Assembly (NCBI GenBank): GCA_965198175.1
Contig: OZ240245.1
Span: 1,888,001-1,952,000 of the forward strand
From: Candidatus Poribacteria bacterium
GTDB lineage: Bacteria; Poribacteria; WGA-4E; PCPOR2b
DNA length: 64,000 bases
Reading direction: 5' to 3'
A model generated the notes under the pieces. That model did not search any database. It saw only the letters and a program-made list of their open reading frames with translations, and was not told the DNA's origin. A program made the position numbers and the translations under genes. Positions within the stretch are counted from its first letter, which is position 1. Each line of letters opens with the position of its first letter. This document shows positions 48,175-58,310 of the stretch, piece after piece.

Positions 48175-48885
48175 TCAGTAAAGACTTTTGATGCTGCCCC
48201 ACTGCATGGCTTTCAGGTTGGTATTTAGCTTTAGCTTTGCGGTGAATATCAAATCCGCGAGCGCGTTTTCTTCAGTAGACGCAGTGAGCGCCCAGCCAAT
48301 TTTATGGTGCAGACGCCCGCCATCTACATCGTTATAATAGATGCCAAACCCGATAGCGTCATCTTTATTGGGCGACTGCCTCAAGTTAACGCTCAGTTCG
48401 CAAGATTGCCCATCGTTGCTCCAGGCTACCATTATGATGGGTGAGTTAGGGTCAGGGTTATGCTCACCAGCACGGAGAATGTGATGATAAAGGGTGTTTT
48501 TGTATCCTGTATGATCTATATCAAGATAGATTTCTAGATGATCCTGGCGAGAGAGCTTTTCTTCATGAGTTTCGACTTGATCGTCAGTCAACTTGATTGC
48601 AATGTAAAGGAAACTATTACGCCACACAGCAACAAAGGTTCCCATGAAGTCATCTGAATTCTGCTCCCAGTGTTTATTTTCTATCGTGTCCCACTCCATG
48701 TTACCTAATTCTGCTGCTTCCCAGGCTGGGTCGTCGAGGAATCCATCGACTACGGGGGCGATCTCCGCTAAATTGGCTCTATATTGAAAAGGAAATCCAG
48801 TGTCCGGATCGACAATATGGGCATAGCTACCGCTCACTACAGTAAGCATGAGCAAAACCATGATATGCTGTTTCCAAGCTCTCAT
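48175..48885 (-). CDS. Secreted CBM9/DOMON-like sugar-binding protein
   Basis: Signal peptide; VDGFLDDPAW, LYIAIKLTDD, DHLEIYLD, IGFGIYYNDVD; ends WGSIKSLY. Confidence 0.75.
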   Translation of the reverse strand: MRAWKQHIMVLLMLTVVSGSYAHIVDPDTGFPFQYRANLAEIAPVVDGFLDDPAWEAAELGNMEWDTIENKHWEQNSDDFMGTFVAVWRNSFLYIAIKLTDDQVETHEEKLSRQDHLEIYLDIDHTGYKNTLYHHILRAGEHNPDPNSPIIMVAWSNDGQSCELSVNLRQSPNKDDAIGFGIYYNDVDGGRLHHKIGWALTASTEENALADLIFTAKLKLNTNLKAMQWGSIKSLY

Positions 48886-48928
48886 AATTCTTCCCTTTCT
48901 TTACAATCAAATTGGAGATCTTATGCGT

Positions 48929-48957
48929 AGTATACTGTCAGGTAGGTGGACTGTCAA
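48929..48957 (-). promoter_or_regulatory. Sigma70-type promoter for the CBM9-like gene
   Basis: Minus strand reads TTGACA-N17-TATACT. Confidence 0.65.
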
Positions 48958-49166
48958 GGTAAAATAATTCGGTTTATTTTGGGCGAGGCTCGTTTGCGCG
49001 CTATACGTTTTCACTTAATTCCGTCTCGCATGTATTGCTTCAAAGCCCCCCTTCTCCAAATTATGTCCTGTACATTTTCGACATATCTAGTGTATAATCA
49101 GTATCAGGTACGCTAGAATCCAACAGAATCTTTGAGGGTGTTGAAATAGGTTAAGCAAAAAGCCGC

Positions 49167-50813
49167 TCAAATCGCATGGGCGATATTGCCCAAACGTTCC
49201 GTAAGTAGGGCGTTTTCACGATAGTCTATCGGAACAACGACAAGACAGGGTCGATCTGCAGCAAAAGCTTCCTCTAAAGCCGGCACAAGGTCGCGAGCGT
49301 TCTCAACTTGGATTCCTTTCCAGTCGAAAGCCTCTGCTAACTTAACGAAGTTGGGATTGCCAAACGACAGATCTGTATGATGCCCGAATTCGTCCCGCTG
49401 TTTCCATTCAATCAAGCCATATCCGTGGTCTTCCCAGATCATCACGACGATATTCGTTCCAATCCGCCTAGCGGTTTCTAGGTCTTGTACATTCATGAGA
49501 AAGCCGCCATCGCCGCAAATTGCAAGCACGCGCTTGTTCGGCTGGACCAGCTTAGCGGCTATGGCTCCAGGTAGAGCAAACCCCATCGTGCAGAAGCCGT
49601 TGGAGATTAAGCAGGTATTTGGCTCGTCACAGTGATAGTACCGGGCAATCCACATCTTGTGCGCCCCGACATCGCTTAGAAGTATATCTGTGGGCCCCAG
49701 CACCTGCTGCACATCCCAGAGCACTTTCTGCGGTCGGATGCTACCTTCTGTGTCATCGTCTTTGTGTTCAGCAAGGTCAGTTAGCATGGCATCTCGAATC
49801 GGTTTGTATTCGTTTACATCGTAGTGGATCGGTTCCGCTTTGATGCGCTCGTTGAGCATCCAAAGGGTGTGCCCAAGGTCGCCAACAACCTCTACATCTA
49901 TACGATAATTTTCGTCGACTTCGGCGGGAAGAAAGTCGATATGAACGATTCGTTTATCTGCCTTCGGGTTCCAAAGCCGAGGGTGATATTCCACCAAGTC
50001 ATACCCTAGTGTGATGACGAGGTCCGCGGCATCAATGGCTAAAGCGATGACATCCTTGGCTTGCAACCCGATTGTAAAGAGGTAATTCGGTGCGTGGCGA
50101 GATATGCATCCCTTGCCCATGAATGTACTAATCACGCCAATGCCAGTGGCGTCCGCGAACTGGCGCAGTTGCGTACTCGCTCGTTTGCGAATGGTTCCGT
50201 TACCTGCTAGGATTACTGGATTTTTTGCACTGCGAATTAAAGCCATCGCCTGATTGACAATCTTGTCATCTGGCACCGGGCGACGCATGCGCTGGCTGGG
50301 GATGGGTCTGTTTTCGACGGGTAACTTCGCGATGTCTTCGGCAAGTTCAATATGGCACGCTCCGGGTTTTTCGGTCATCGCTAACTTGAATGCTTTGCGG
50401 ACAACTTCTGGTATGTTCCCTGGGTGAATAATCGGCATTGCCCACTTGGTGACAGGCTTGAACATGCCGACCACGTCCATGTTTTGATGGCTCTCTTTAT
50501 GCTGCCTTCGGCTGTCAGCCTGCCCTGTGATAACAACAAGCGGTGCGCGATCCATGTTGGCGTCAGCCACTCCCGTTATAAGATTTGAAGCGCCCGGTCC
50601 CAGCGTGCCTAGACAGACAGCCGCCTGTCCGGTCAGTCTTCCATGCACATCCGCCATAAAGGCGGCGGCTTGTTCGTGCCGAGTGAGGACAAACTCAATG
50701 GATGAATTCTCAAGGGACATCATAAACTCGGCATTTTCTTCACCCGGTACACCGAAGATATACTTCACGCCCTCGGCTTCGAGACACTGTATAAACAAAT
50801 CAGCAGCTTTCAT
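49167..50813 (-). CDS. Acetolactate synthase large subunit-like TPP enzyme
   Basis: FGVPGEEN, RHEQAAAFMA, TLGPGASN, SDVGAHK, GDGGFLMN. Confidence 0.92.
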   Translation of the reverse strand: MKAADLFIQCLEAEGVKYIFGVPGEENAEFMMSLENSSIEFVLTRHEQAAAFMADVHGRLTGQAAVCLGTLGPGASNLITGVADANMDRAPLVVITGQADSRRQHKESHQNMDVVGMFKPVTKWAMPIIHPGNIPEVVRKAFKLAMTEKPGACHIELAEDIAKLPVENRPIPSQRMRRPVPDDKIVNQAMALIRSAKNPVILAGNGTIRKRASTQLRQFADATGIGVISTFMGKGCISRHAPNYLFTIGLQAKDVIALAIDAADLVITLGYDLVEYHPRLWNPKADKRIVHIDFLPAEVDENYRIDVEVVGDLGHTLWMLNERIKAEPIHYDVNEYKPIRDAMLTDLAEHKDDDTEGSIRPQKVLWDVQQVLGPTDILLSDVGAHKMWIARYYHCDEPNTCLISNGFCTMGFALPGAIAAKLVQPNKRVLAICGDGGFLMNVQDLETARRIGTNIVVMIWEDHGYGLIEWKQRDEFGHHTDLSFGNPNFVKLAEAFDWKGIQVENARDLVPALEEAFAADRPCLVVVPIDYRENALLTERLGNIAHAI

Positions 50814-51030
50814 TGGATAACTCCTCTTGGTTCAGAATCGAAAATCGAATATGTCGCCAGTTAATATTCAAAGCCAACACTAAATCTTCAACCTTTCCTG
50901 ATTTGCGCCGTTTTGTATAAGTGTTAATGATGGTTGATATTATATATCAAAATCCCAATATTGCGAACAAATTCGCTCTTCTCGCGCAACAGATACAAGA
51001 CAGAAACTGAATTTCCGAAGGAAACAGACC

Positions 51031-52131
51031 TTGAGTACCAGCCAAGCGGATGTTATTATTATTGGTGGCGGTGTCATCGGCTGTGCAATTGCCTACAACC
51101 TCGCCAAAGCGCAAGTAAAGTCTCTCATCATTGAGAAAGCAGCGGGAGTTGGGCAAGAAGCATCACAGGCGGGTGCAGGCATCTTGGCTTCCCATGCCTC
51201 AACCCGAGAACCGTATGCGGAGTTGTGTCGTGCAAGTCTTGCGCTTTATCCGTCGCTGGCGGAGGAGTTAAAAGCCCAGACCCAGATTGACATTGAGTTT
51301 ATCCAATCCGGCTCAATTGCTGTATTTTCCACTGACGCAGAAAAAAAGAGATTGATAAGTCTGGCAGAACGACGTGTCGAGCGTGGGTTTTCTGCGGAAG
51401 TGCTGACTGTCGCGCAGGTGTGGGAGTTAGAACCCGCCATTTCAAGAACGGTGGCTGGCGGTGTTCGCTTTCCCCACGATGCTCAGGTCAGAAGCACCAA
51501 GCTTTCCAAAGCACTCGCGAAGGGGGCGGCACGGCTCGGGACGCGGTTTTTGTTCGGCAATCCAGTCACCGCTTTTTTGCGAAAGGCGGAACACGTCATT
51601 GGGGTTGAGGTTAATGGCGAAGCGTACTACGGAGAGTCCATCGTGATCGCCGCGGGGTGTTGGTCAGGCACAGTCGCCGGTCTCCTCGGCTACTCTCTGG
51701 CCATCGAGCCTGTACGCGGGCAGATTGTGTTGACTGAAGCAATGCCGCCGCTCCTTCGGCATATCATTGACGGATTTGGCGTTTATCTCGTCCCTCGATC
51801 TGACGGGAAAATCTTGATTGGCGCCACAGTTGAATTTGTCGGCTACGACAACCGAACAACGTTGGGAGGCATACAGGGGATGGTTCAAGCCGGTACTAAA
51901 TTGATGCCAGCGCTCGCTGAGAAATCGCTCGTTGAGGCATGGTCTGGATTGCGCCCCTATACAAAAAGGGTTCCTATTCTTGGGAGACTTCCCGGATTCG
52001 ATAATGTGATTGTCGCATCGGGGCATTACAAAAATGGCATCCTCCTCTCGCCGATTACAGGCAAATTAATCTGTGAGCTGATTATGACGGGTCGTCCATC
52101 AATGCCGCTTCAGCCATTTTGCCTTGATTAA
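51031..52131 (+). CDS. thiO: Glycine oxidase
   Basis: IIGGGVIG, ASQAGAGIL, PVRGQ, YLVPR, WSGLRP, GHYKNGILLSP. Confidence 0.8.
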   Translation: MSTSQADVIIIGGGVIGCAIAYNLAKAQVKSLIIEKAAGVGQEASQAGAGILASHASTREPYAELCRASLALYPSLAEELKAQTQIDIEFIQSGSIAVFSTDAEKKRLISLAERRVERGFSAEVLTVAQVWELEPAISRTVAGGVRFPHDAQVRSTKLSKALAKGAARLGTRFLFGNPVTAFLRKAEHVIGVEVNGEAYYGESIVIAAGCWSGTVAGLLGYSLAIEPVRGQIVLTEAMPPLLRHIIDGFGVYLVPRSDGKILIGATVEFVGYDNRTTLGGIQGMVQAGTKLMPALAEKSLVEAWSGLRPYTKRVPILGRLPGFDNVIVASGHYKNGILLSPITGKLICELIMTGRPSMPLQPFCLD

Positions 52132-52278
52132 GCGAAAGCTAATCTCAATAATCAAAGTAACACGTTGGCGGGGATTGACCTGTTCTAACTCCCGCTTGCG
52201 GGGAGGATAAAGGGAGGTAAGGAACCCGGGAGAAAGATTTTCATCGTGCTTTACTAGACTTCGACAGTCTCTCTCAGT

Positions 52279-53322
52279 GTGAACATGATACAAAACAAGC
52301 CTCTGATAACAGTAGCGGCGTCGGAAATCGTTACAATCCTGTTGCTTCTGTCTTTCTTGACGGCACCCTTCATCGGCTGTGATGATAACAACCCGTTAGT
52401 CAAAATCGGTGTCAGCGTGCCGGAGACGACAGCACCGGTTTATCTACTCATGAAACAAGCGATGATTGAGCATGAACAGGAACACGAGGTCGAAATTTTG
52501 TGGAATGAAGTGCGGCATGAGGGACCGCAACAGGATAACGTTGTATTGGAAAGGCGTCAAGTCCAAGAGATGTTTGAAGCTGGGGTTCGGGCACTGATCT
52601 TGAAGCCCGTCGATGGAAGTGCCGCCTATCCGATTTTGATGGAGGCGCGTCGCTGGCGTGTTCCTGTTATTTCCCTGGATCAGATGTTAGTGAGTATGCC
52701 GGTGCGAGGTCATATCACCGTTGACGAGGTGATGCTCGGAGAAGAAGCTGCTCGATACGCGGTCGCGAAGATTGGAAATAAGGGAAATGTTCTACTTCTG
52801 GAGGGATCTGCTGGAAATGAGTCCCTGCGGAACATTGCGATAGGTGTTTACCGCGTTTTAGACCAATACCCTGACGCAATTCATGTGTTTGCGCGCCCAT
52901 CGGCGCTCACTGTGGAGGCAGCATTCGACTATACCAATCGGATGCTGAAGAACTATGCGGGGAACATCCAAGCGATTATTGCAGTGGACAGCACACTCGC
53001 AGTCGGTGCAGTCCGTGGTGTTCAGTTGCATGAGCTTGTAGATAGAATCATCACTGTCGGCGTTGGGGCGGGCGAAGAGGCGTGTCGTCAGATTATGTCC
53101 AAGCAGCACGACGCAGAAGTCGATCTGATGCCTTATGAACGAGGACTCGCAGCGTTCAAAGCTGCTATCAATGCCATGCACGACCAATCATTTGCTTATG
53201 ATGCCCAATTGCCCAATGGTGAAATCTTTACTAAAACGAAATTTGGTCCGGTTCGCCTCATCACTTCCGTGAATTTTAGAGTGCTTGAACGGATGTGGCC
53301 AGATTTGTTCCTCCAGAAATAA
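52279..53322 (+). CDS. Sugar ABC-type periplasmic binding lipoprotein (RbsB-like)
   Basis: Lipobox FIG-C; GVRALILKPVD, VPVISLD, GNVLLLEG, IITVGVG. Confidence 0.75.
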   Translation: MNMIQNKPLITVAASEIVTILLLLSFLTAPFIGCDDNNPLVKIGVSVPETTAPVYLLMKQAMIEHEQEHEVEILWNEVRHEGPQQDNVVLERRQVQEMFEAGVRALILKPVDGSAAYPILMEARRWRVPVISLDQMLVSMPVRGHITVDEVMLGEEAARYAVAKIGNKGNVLLLEGSAGNESLRNIAIGVYRVLDQYPDAIHVFARPSALTVEAAFDYTNRMLKNYAGNIQAIIAVDSTLAVGAVRGVQLHELVDRIITVGVGAGEEACRQIMSKQHDAEVDLMPYERGLAAFKAAINAMHDQSFAYDAQLPNGEIFTKTKFGPVRLITSVNFRVLERMWPDLFLQK

Positions 53323-53357
53323 ACGAGCTACATCAACAAATCGGGAAGGAGAACCTC

Positions 53358-53903
53358 ATGATGGGAAAGCTAGTCGAGTTATTAGTTATCGGCTTTGTCG
53401 CTTGCGTTTCCACTGCGGCAAACCAAGAGGAAGCTAACAAGCCACTCCAGGTTGGCGATAAAGCACCGGATTTTGTGCTGCAAGACGCCACCGATCAAAC
53501 GCATTCGCTCAAGAAGTTGCGTGGCAAGGTTGTCGTTCTAATCATGGGAAATCGTAAGATACAGAAAGAAGATGATAAATGGGCACATGCCTTTCATAAG
53601 GATTATCAAGGGAACAATCGAATCGTAGCATACATCATCGCTGATATGCGGAGCGTTCCTCGGTTCGTTCCCAAAGGGCTCATTAAGAGACAACTCAAGA
53701 AAAACAAACCTCCAGTAACGCTGTTACTCGATTGGAAAGGCGAAACCCATGTAACTTACCGGACGCAAAAAGAGAAGCCGAACCTCTATATAGTGAATCC
53801 CGATGGTAACATAGCATTTCACATCAAAGCGAACTTCGGTGAAGACATGTACAAAAAACTGAAAGCCGTAATTGTGAATGAAATTGCCAAAATTAAGAAA
53901 TGA
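53358..53903 (+). CDS. Thioredoxin-fold (redoxin/YtfJ-like) protein without CxxC
   Basis: LQVGDKAPDFVLQD, LRGKVVVL, LLDWKG, YIVNPDG; AGGAG RBS. Confidence 0.7.
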   Translation: MMGKLVELLVIGFVACVSTAANQEEANKPLQVGDKAPDFVLQDATDQTHSLKKLRGKVVVLIMGNRKIQKEDDKWAHAFHKDYQGNNRIVAYIIADMRSVPRFVPKGLIKRQLKKNKPPVTLLLDWKGETHVTYRTQKEKPNLYIVNPDGNIAFHIKANFGEDMYKKLKAVIVNEIAKIKK

Positions 53904-53914
53904 AAGGGAACTGC

Positions 53915-54457
53915 ATGGCACCAAAGACTATATCATCAAAAAGTACATTGGTCAGCATTGTTATGGGAAGTGATTCGGATCTTGAGTGCATGGCTGAAGC
54001 TGCCAAGATTCTAGAGGCGTTTGAAGTTCCGTATGAGATAACAATTTCGTCAGCCCACAGATCGCCGGAACGAACGATAGACTATGCCACAAATGCCCGA
54101 AATCGGGGAAATCATGTGATTATCGCAGGCGCCGGTCGCGCCGCCCATCTTGCTGGCGTGATTGCTGCCCACACAACACTTCCTGTCATTGGGGTTCCGG
54201 TTGATGGAGGACCACTTAACGGGGTCGATGCACTCTATGCAACAGTGCAGATGCCGCCAGGCATTCCTGTGGCAACAGTGGCGATTGGATCCAGCGGGGC
54301 GCGAAACGCGGGCATTCTCGCTGTCCAAATTCTCGCACTGAAATTCTCGGAACTCGACGTTAAACTTGAAGACTACAAAGCCAAACTCAGCGAGGGGGTG
54401 GCACAAAAAGCCGCGCGGTTATCGGAGATTGGCTATCAGAAGTACTTAACGAAATAA
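53915..54457 (+). CDS. purE: N5-CAIR mutase
   Basis: MGSDSD, SAHRSP, AGAGRAAHLAG, PVIGVP, VQMPPGIPVATV. Confidence 0.96.
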   Translation: MAPKTISSKSTLVSIVMGSDSDLECMAEAAKILEAFEVPYEITISSAHRSPERTIDYATNARNRGNHVIIAGAGRAAHLAGVIAAHTTLPVIGVPVDGGPLNGVDALYATVQMPPGIPVATVAIGSSGARNAGILAVQILALKFSELDVKLEDYKAKLSEGVAQKAARLSEIGYQKYLTK

Positions 54458-54524
54458 TATTCATGCACATTTCGATAATTTCCAGATATTTCAAATTCTG
54501 AATCAATTCTATTGTTCTTCTAAA

Positions 54525-54947
54525 ATGGCTCAAACTTTTCGCACGCATAGTCCGGAAGAAACGCAAGCAATCGGGGAGCATGTCGGGCAAATCCTCAAAC
54601 CCGGTGACATTGTTGCCCTCATCGGCGATCTCGGGGCGGGAAAAACTTGCCTGACGCAGGGCATTGCACGCGGGGCGAAAATCGATCCCAATCAGATTGT
54701 CAACAGCCCTTCTTACACCCTGATAAACCAATATACAGGCAAAATCCCAATTTACCATATAGATCTCTATCGGCTTCACCGCCGGGAAGAGATTATAGAT
54801 CTCGGCTTAGAAGAATATTTGGAGGGAGACGGCGTCTGTATTATTGAATGGGCGGATCGAATGCTTGACCTGCTCCCTGAAGGTTACATGGAGATTAAGT
54901 TAAACTGGGAGGATGAGTTTGTACGTACTATCGAATACAACTACTAG
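54525..54947 (+). CDS. tsaE: tRNA t6A biosynthesis ATPase
   Basis: GDLGAGKT, SPSYTL, HIDLYRL, IEW. Confidence 0.95.
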   Translation: MAQTFRTHSPEETQAIGEHVGQILKPGDIVALIGDLGAGKTCLTQGIARGAKIDPNQIVNSPSYTLINQYTGKIPIYHIDLYRLHRREEIIDLGLEEYLEGDGVCIIEWADRMLDLLPEGYMEIKLNWEDEFVRTIEYNY

Positions 54948-55114
54948 AACTTGGGTTTATCAGAAAGTGGGCCAAGAAAAAATGTGGGGAGCAAACAGAG
55001 GCATCCCTTCACGATTTCAGTCCGAGCGAATTCGCCGTCATTGAACAAAACGACAATCCCGAACAAAATCAATAACGAAAGGAGGAGTGGCATATTAGCA
55101 CGCCTCACATTCCC

Positions 55115-56503
55115 GTGAAACAACAACCCAACATCATACTCATGGGGGTTGACTCCTTGCGAGCCGATCACATGAGCTGTTACGGCTATCAGCGCTTTAC
55201 TACACCGCACATCGACCGATGCGCCCAAAGTGGAACGCTCTTTGAGCGAACTTACAGTCCACATATTCCGACGACAAGTGCCTATGCGTCAATGCTCACC
55301 GGTATGGATTGCTTCAGTACGCAGGTCGTAGCGCTGCTACATAAAGGACCACTCAGACCGGAAGTGAAAACGCTGGCGGAGATACTCCGCGACGCAGGCT
55401 ATAACACCACCTGCGTTGGCTTCGGCGGAAACCCGAGCTCACGCGGTTTTGACAAATACCTAGACTATCCAGGCTGGGGTAGTTGGGCGGAAGGACGCAG
55501 CCCGAAAGCACAAAATCTCAACAACGTGGCGATCCCAGAACTAGATCGGCTGATTGACCAGCATGAACCTTTTTTCTTGTTCCTCCGCCACATGGACCCG
55601 CACGCCCCCTATTTGCCGCCCGAACCATATGTGCGCATGTTATACCACGGGGACGAATGTGACCCGAACAACAAATCGATGGAACCTGTGATGAACTTTA
55701 AACCGTTCTGCGATTTTTTCGCCAGTTGGATGCCACCCGGCATAACGGATAAAGATTACGTCATCGCCCAATACGACGGGGCAATCGCTTATATGGACGC
55801 CTGTATTCAGACAATCTTCACAGCGCTCAATGCCCGTAGCATCTTGGACGAAACCATCGTCATCATCAACGGAGATCACGGTGAAACGCTCTACGACCAT
55901 GAATGCTGGTTCGATCATCATGGGCTCTACGACCCCACCTTGCATGTGCCCTTGATTATCCGGTACCCCAGTAAGATTCCCGCCGGTGTGCGGGTCAGCG
56001 GTTATAACCAGCACAAAGACCTCGTGCCAACCATTCTCGAACTGGCAGAAATCGGGACTGAGGTCGAATTTGACGGCAAGAGCATGATCCCGATGGTCAA
56101 CGGTGAAGCTGCTTCTTACGAAAGTGAATTTTACATCACCGAATGCACTTGGATGCGGAAGCACGGCTGGCGCACGTCAGAATGGAAGTTAATTCGCGCC
56201 CTTGAGCCTGACCTCCATTTTAAGCCGATGGTAGAACTTTACAACCTTATTGAAGACCCTCGTGAAAATCACAATCTCGCGGAGGCAAATCCAGATATCG
56301 TTGCTACATTTGAGACACGGATGCAAAGATGGATTGAAAGGCGTGAGCGCGAAACTGACATGGAAAACCCGATGATGACTCAAGGCGATTGGCACGGTCA
56401 TGAAGGGGTAGGTCCTTTCAAAAGCTCCCAACAAGCTTATGATACCATGCACATCGGCGATCCAGGTCAGGCAGCACGAATGCAAGCTGAAGCCAGAAAA
56501 TAA
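55115..56503 (+). CDS. Sulfatase-like hydrolase (alkaline phosphatase superfamily)
   Basis: PNIILMGVDSLRADH, ASMLTG, MDPHAPY, GDHGE, HVPLII, ELYNLIEDP.E.HNL. Confidence 0.85.
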   Translation: MKQQPNIILMGVDSLRADHMSCYGYQRFTTPHIDRCAQSGTLFERTYSPHIPTTSAYASMLTGMDCFSTQVVALLHKGPLRPEVKTLAEILRDAGYNTTCVGFGGNPSSRGFDKYLDYPGWGSWAEGRSPKAQNLNNVAIPELDRLIDQHEPFFLFLRHMDPHAPYLPPEPYVRMLYHGDECDPNNKSMEPVMNFKPFCDFFASWMPPGITDKDYVIAQYDGAIAYMDACIQTIFTALNARSILDETIVIINGDHGETLYDHECWFDHHGLYDPTLHVPLIIRYPSKIPAGVRVSGYNQHKDLVPTILELAEIGTEVEFDGKSMIPMVNGEAASYESEFYITECTWMRKHGWRTSEWKLIRALEPDLHFKPMVELYNLIEDPRENHNLAEANPDIVATFETRMQRWIERRERETDMENPMMTQGDWHGHEGVGPFKSSQQAYDTMHIGDPGQAARMQAEARK

Positions 56504-56623
56504 AAACATTTTATATTGAGTGTGACCGATGATTTGTCCTCTCATCTTAGTGTTGTGTAACAATGTTCAAATCTTGTATTTAAACTTACTGAGTTACTCC
56601 ATCTTCTAAGGAGGGAAAAACAG

Positions 56624-56809
56624 ATGCCAATCTATGAATATGAGTGCAAAGCATGCGCATCCAAATTTGAAACCTTACAGCGCATCAATGCAGATAACCA
56701 AGATCTCGTTTGCCCAATTTGCGGTGCACCTGAACCGAAAAAAGTCTTTTCACGCTTTGCATCTTTGGGAGTCGAGAAAGGAGCGGCATGTCAGACAGGA
56801 TCGACATGA
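56624..56809 (+). CDS. FmdB-family zinc-ribbon protein
   Basis: MPIYEYECKAC...FE...CPICG; AGGAGG RBS. Confidence 0.88.
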   Translation: MPIYEYECKACASKFETLQRINADNQDLVCPICGAPEPKKVFSRFASLGVEKGAACQTGST

Positions 56810-56914
56810 GCGCTACCTGGGCCGGACAGTTAGTCCAAACGGGCAGCGGAAGTTGAAAATATCCCGAGTCTTCGCGAAGCCTTTGGCGTTAATTTCGAAT
56901 ATCGCTTAAAATTC

Positions 56915-56960
56915 AGACAGCATATTGCATAAAATTTGAGCAATATGCTGTCTTTTTTTT
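56915..56960 (+). terminator. Intrinsic terminator overlapping a candidate NtrC-type site
   Basis: AGACAGCATATTGC/GCAATATGCTGTCT 14-bp stem followed by a T-run; centre TGCATAAAATTTGAGCA. Confidence 0.7.
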
Positions 56961-57119
56961 GTTAGCAGTGATTGAGTACGGGTGTTTTACAATACAAACT
57001 TGCCGCTAGTGAAATCGTGTTGAAAAGTGCCGTGAACCTTGGCAGTTTCTATGATTGTGTTGAGAAAGACGAGACGCTGTGATTCGATGATTGTAGCGCG
57101 CTAGAAACCAGAAGAGATT

Positions 57120-57136
57120 TTGGCATCTCTCTTGCT
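57120..57136 (+). promoter_or_regulatory. Sigma-54 (-24/-12) promoter for porin-urt operon
   Basis: TTGGCATCTCTCTTGCT has GG-N10-GC spacing and lies upstream of nitrogen-scavenging genes. Confidence 0.7.
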
Positions 57137-57329
57137 TGTCTTATTTAGATACTGTGTTACAAAACAGGATTCTTTACCTGTTTTCAATATTCCTTAAAAT
57201 CTTTGTTAAAACCTGTGACGCTAAGGTATATCCTCGTTAAGATTTTGGTTTTTGGAGTTTAGCGGAAGGTTATACAGGTTAACAAGGTGAAAGGTAGAGA
57301 TTTTCCATCACAAATTTGGAGATTTTTTC

Positions 57330-58268
57330 ATGAAAAAATTCGCACTACCCACACTGCTTTTTGTTGTTCTCGCGTTCACCACAGGCAATCTCAGCGCAGA
57401 AATAAAATTGACGGACAACCTGTCATTATCGGGTTTTCTGGATATGTCAACCGTTACGACAATGGGTGATGAGACCGAGGTAGGTCTGTATTTTGATCAG
57501 TTCGAGTTAGATTTCCATCTTGACTACGGTTCAGTTACTGGGCGTATTGATGTTGATAGTACAGATGATGCACAGGGAATCAAACTGGAACAAGGGTTTG
57601 TGACATACATGCTCCCCGAAGATGTCATTTCCGGTGTAAGTATCACCGCTGGTAGATTTCTCAGTTCGTTCGGCTTTGAGGCTGCAGAGCCGACAGGTCT
57701 CTATCAATATTCCTTTTCTGAGGGTATTCCTTATCCTGGGTATCAGAACGGTGTCGCAGTCAATGTCAACCCCGTTAAAGAGATAGGAATTTACGTCGCG
57801 CTGTTGTCCGGCGTCTGGGATGTGAACGACACGGATGTGAAAAGCCCGGGTGTTGAGGCACAACTAGCGCTTATGCCAATCGATCAAATTACCGCGAAGG
57901 TCGGCTATGCGATGGACAAAATGGATGACTATTCACAGAGTGAAATCAACGCTTGGGTGCAATTCACCCAGGGACCGTTAACCCTCGCTGGAGAAATTGA
58001 CCTGTTGGGTAACTGGGATGCTGACGGGAATAACGGCATACACTTTTTGGGGATGGCAAATGTTTCGCTGGAAGATGCGATTTCAGCGCCTGTTGCTGTA
58101 ACCGTCCGTTTCAGTGGCATTAGTCTGGATGATGCGGACAGCTCCACAGAGTTCACGTTCAGTCCATCTTATACAGCGACGGACAACTGGTTACTTCTCG
58201 CCGAATTCAAACAGCGTATTGACGCCGAAGAAACAATCATTGCAGCCGAATCCCTTTTTACGTTCTAA
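57330..58268 (+). CDS. Outer-membrane porin/beta-barrel
   Basis: Signal peptide; LSGFLD, DQFELDF, EQGFVTY, GRFLSSFGFEAAEP; terminal Phe. Confidence 0.8.
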   Translation: MKKFALPTLLFVVLAFTTGNLSAEIKLTDNLSLSGFLDMSTVTTMGDETEVGLYFDQFELDFHLDYGSVTGRIDVDSTDDAQGIKLEQGFVTYMLPEDVISGVSITAGRFLSSFGFEAAEPTGLYQYSFSEGIPYPGYQNGVAVNVNPVKEIGIYVALLSGVWDVNDTDVKSPGVEAQLALMPIDQITAKVGYAMDKMDDYSQSEINAWVQFTQGPLTLAGEIDLLGNWDADGNNGIHFLGMANVSLEDAISAPVAVTVRFSGISLDDADSSTEFTFSPSYTATDNWLLLAEFKQRIDAEETIIAAESLFTF

Positions 58269-58310
58269 ATGAAAACCTCGTAGGTATAAAACTCTTAAGG
58301 AGATCACTGT

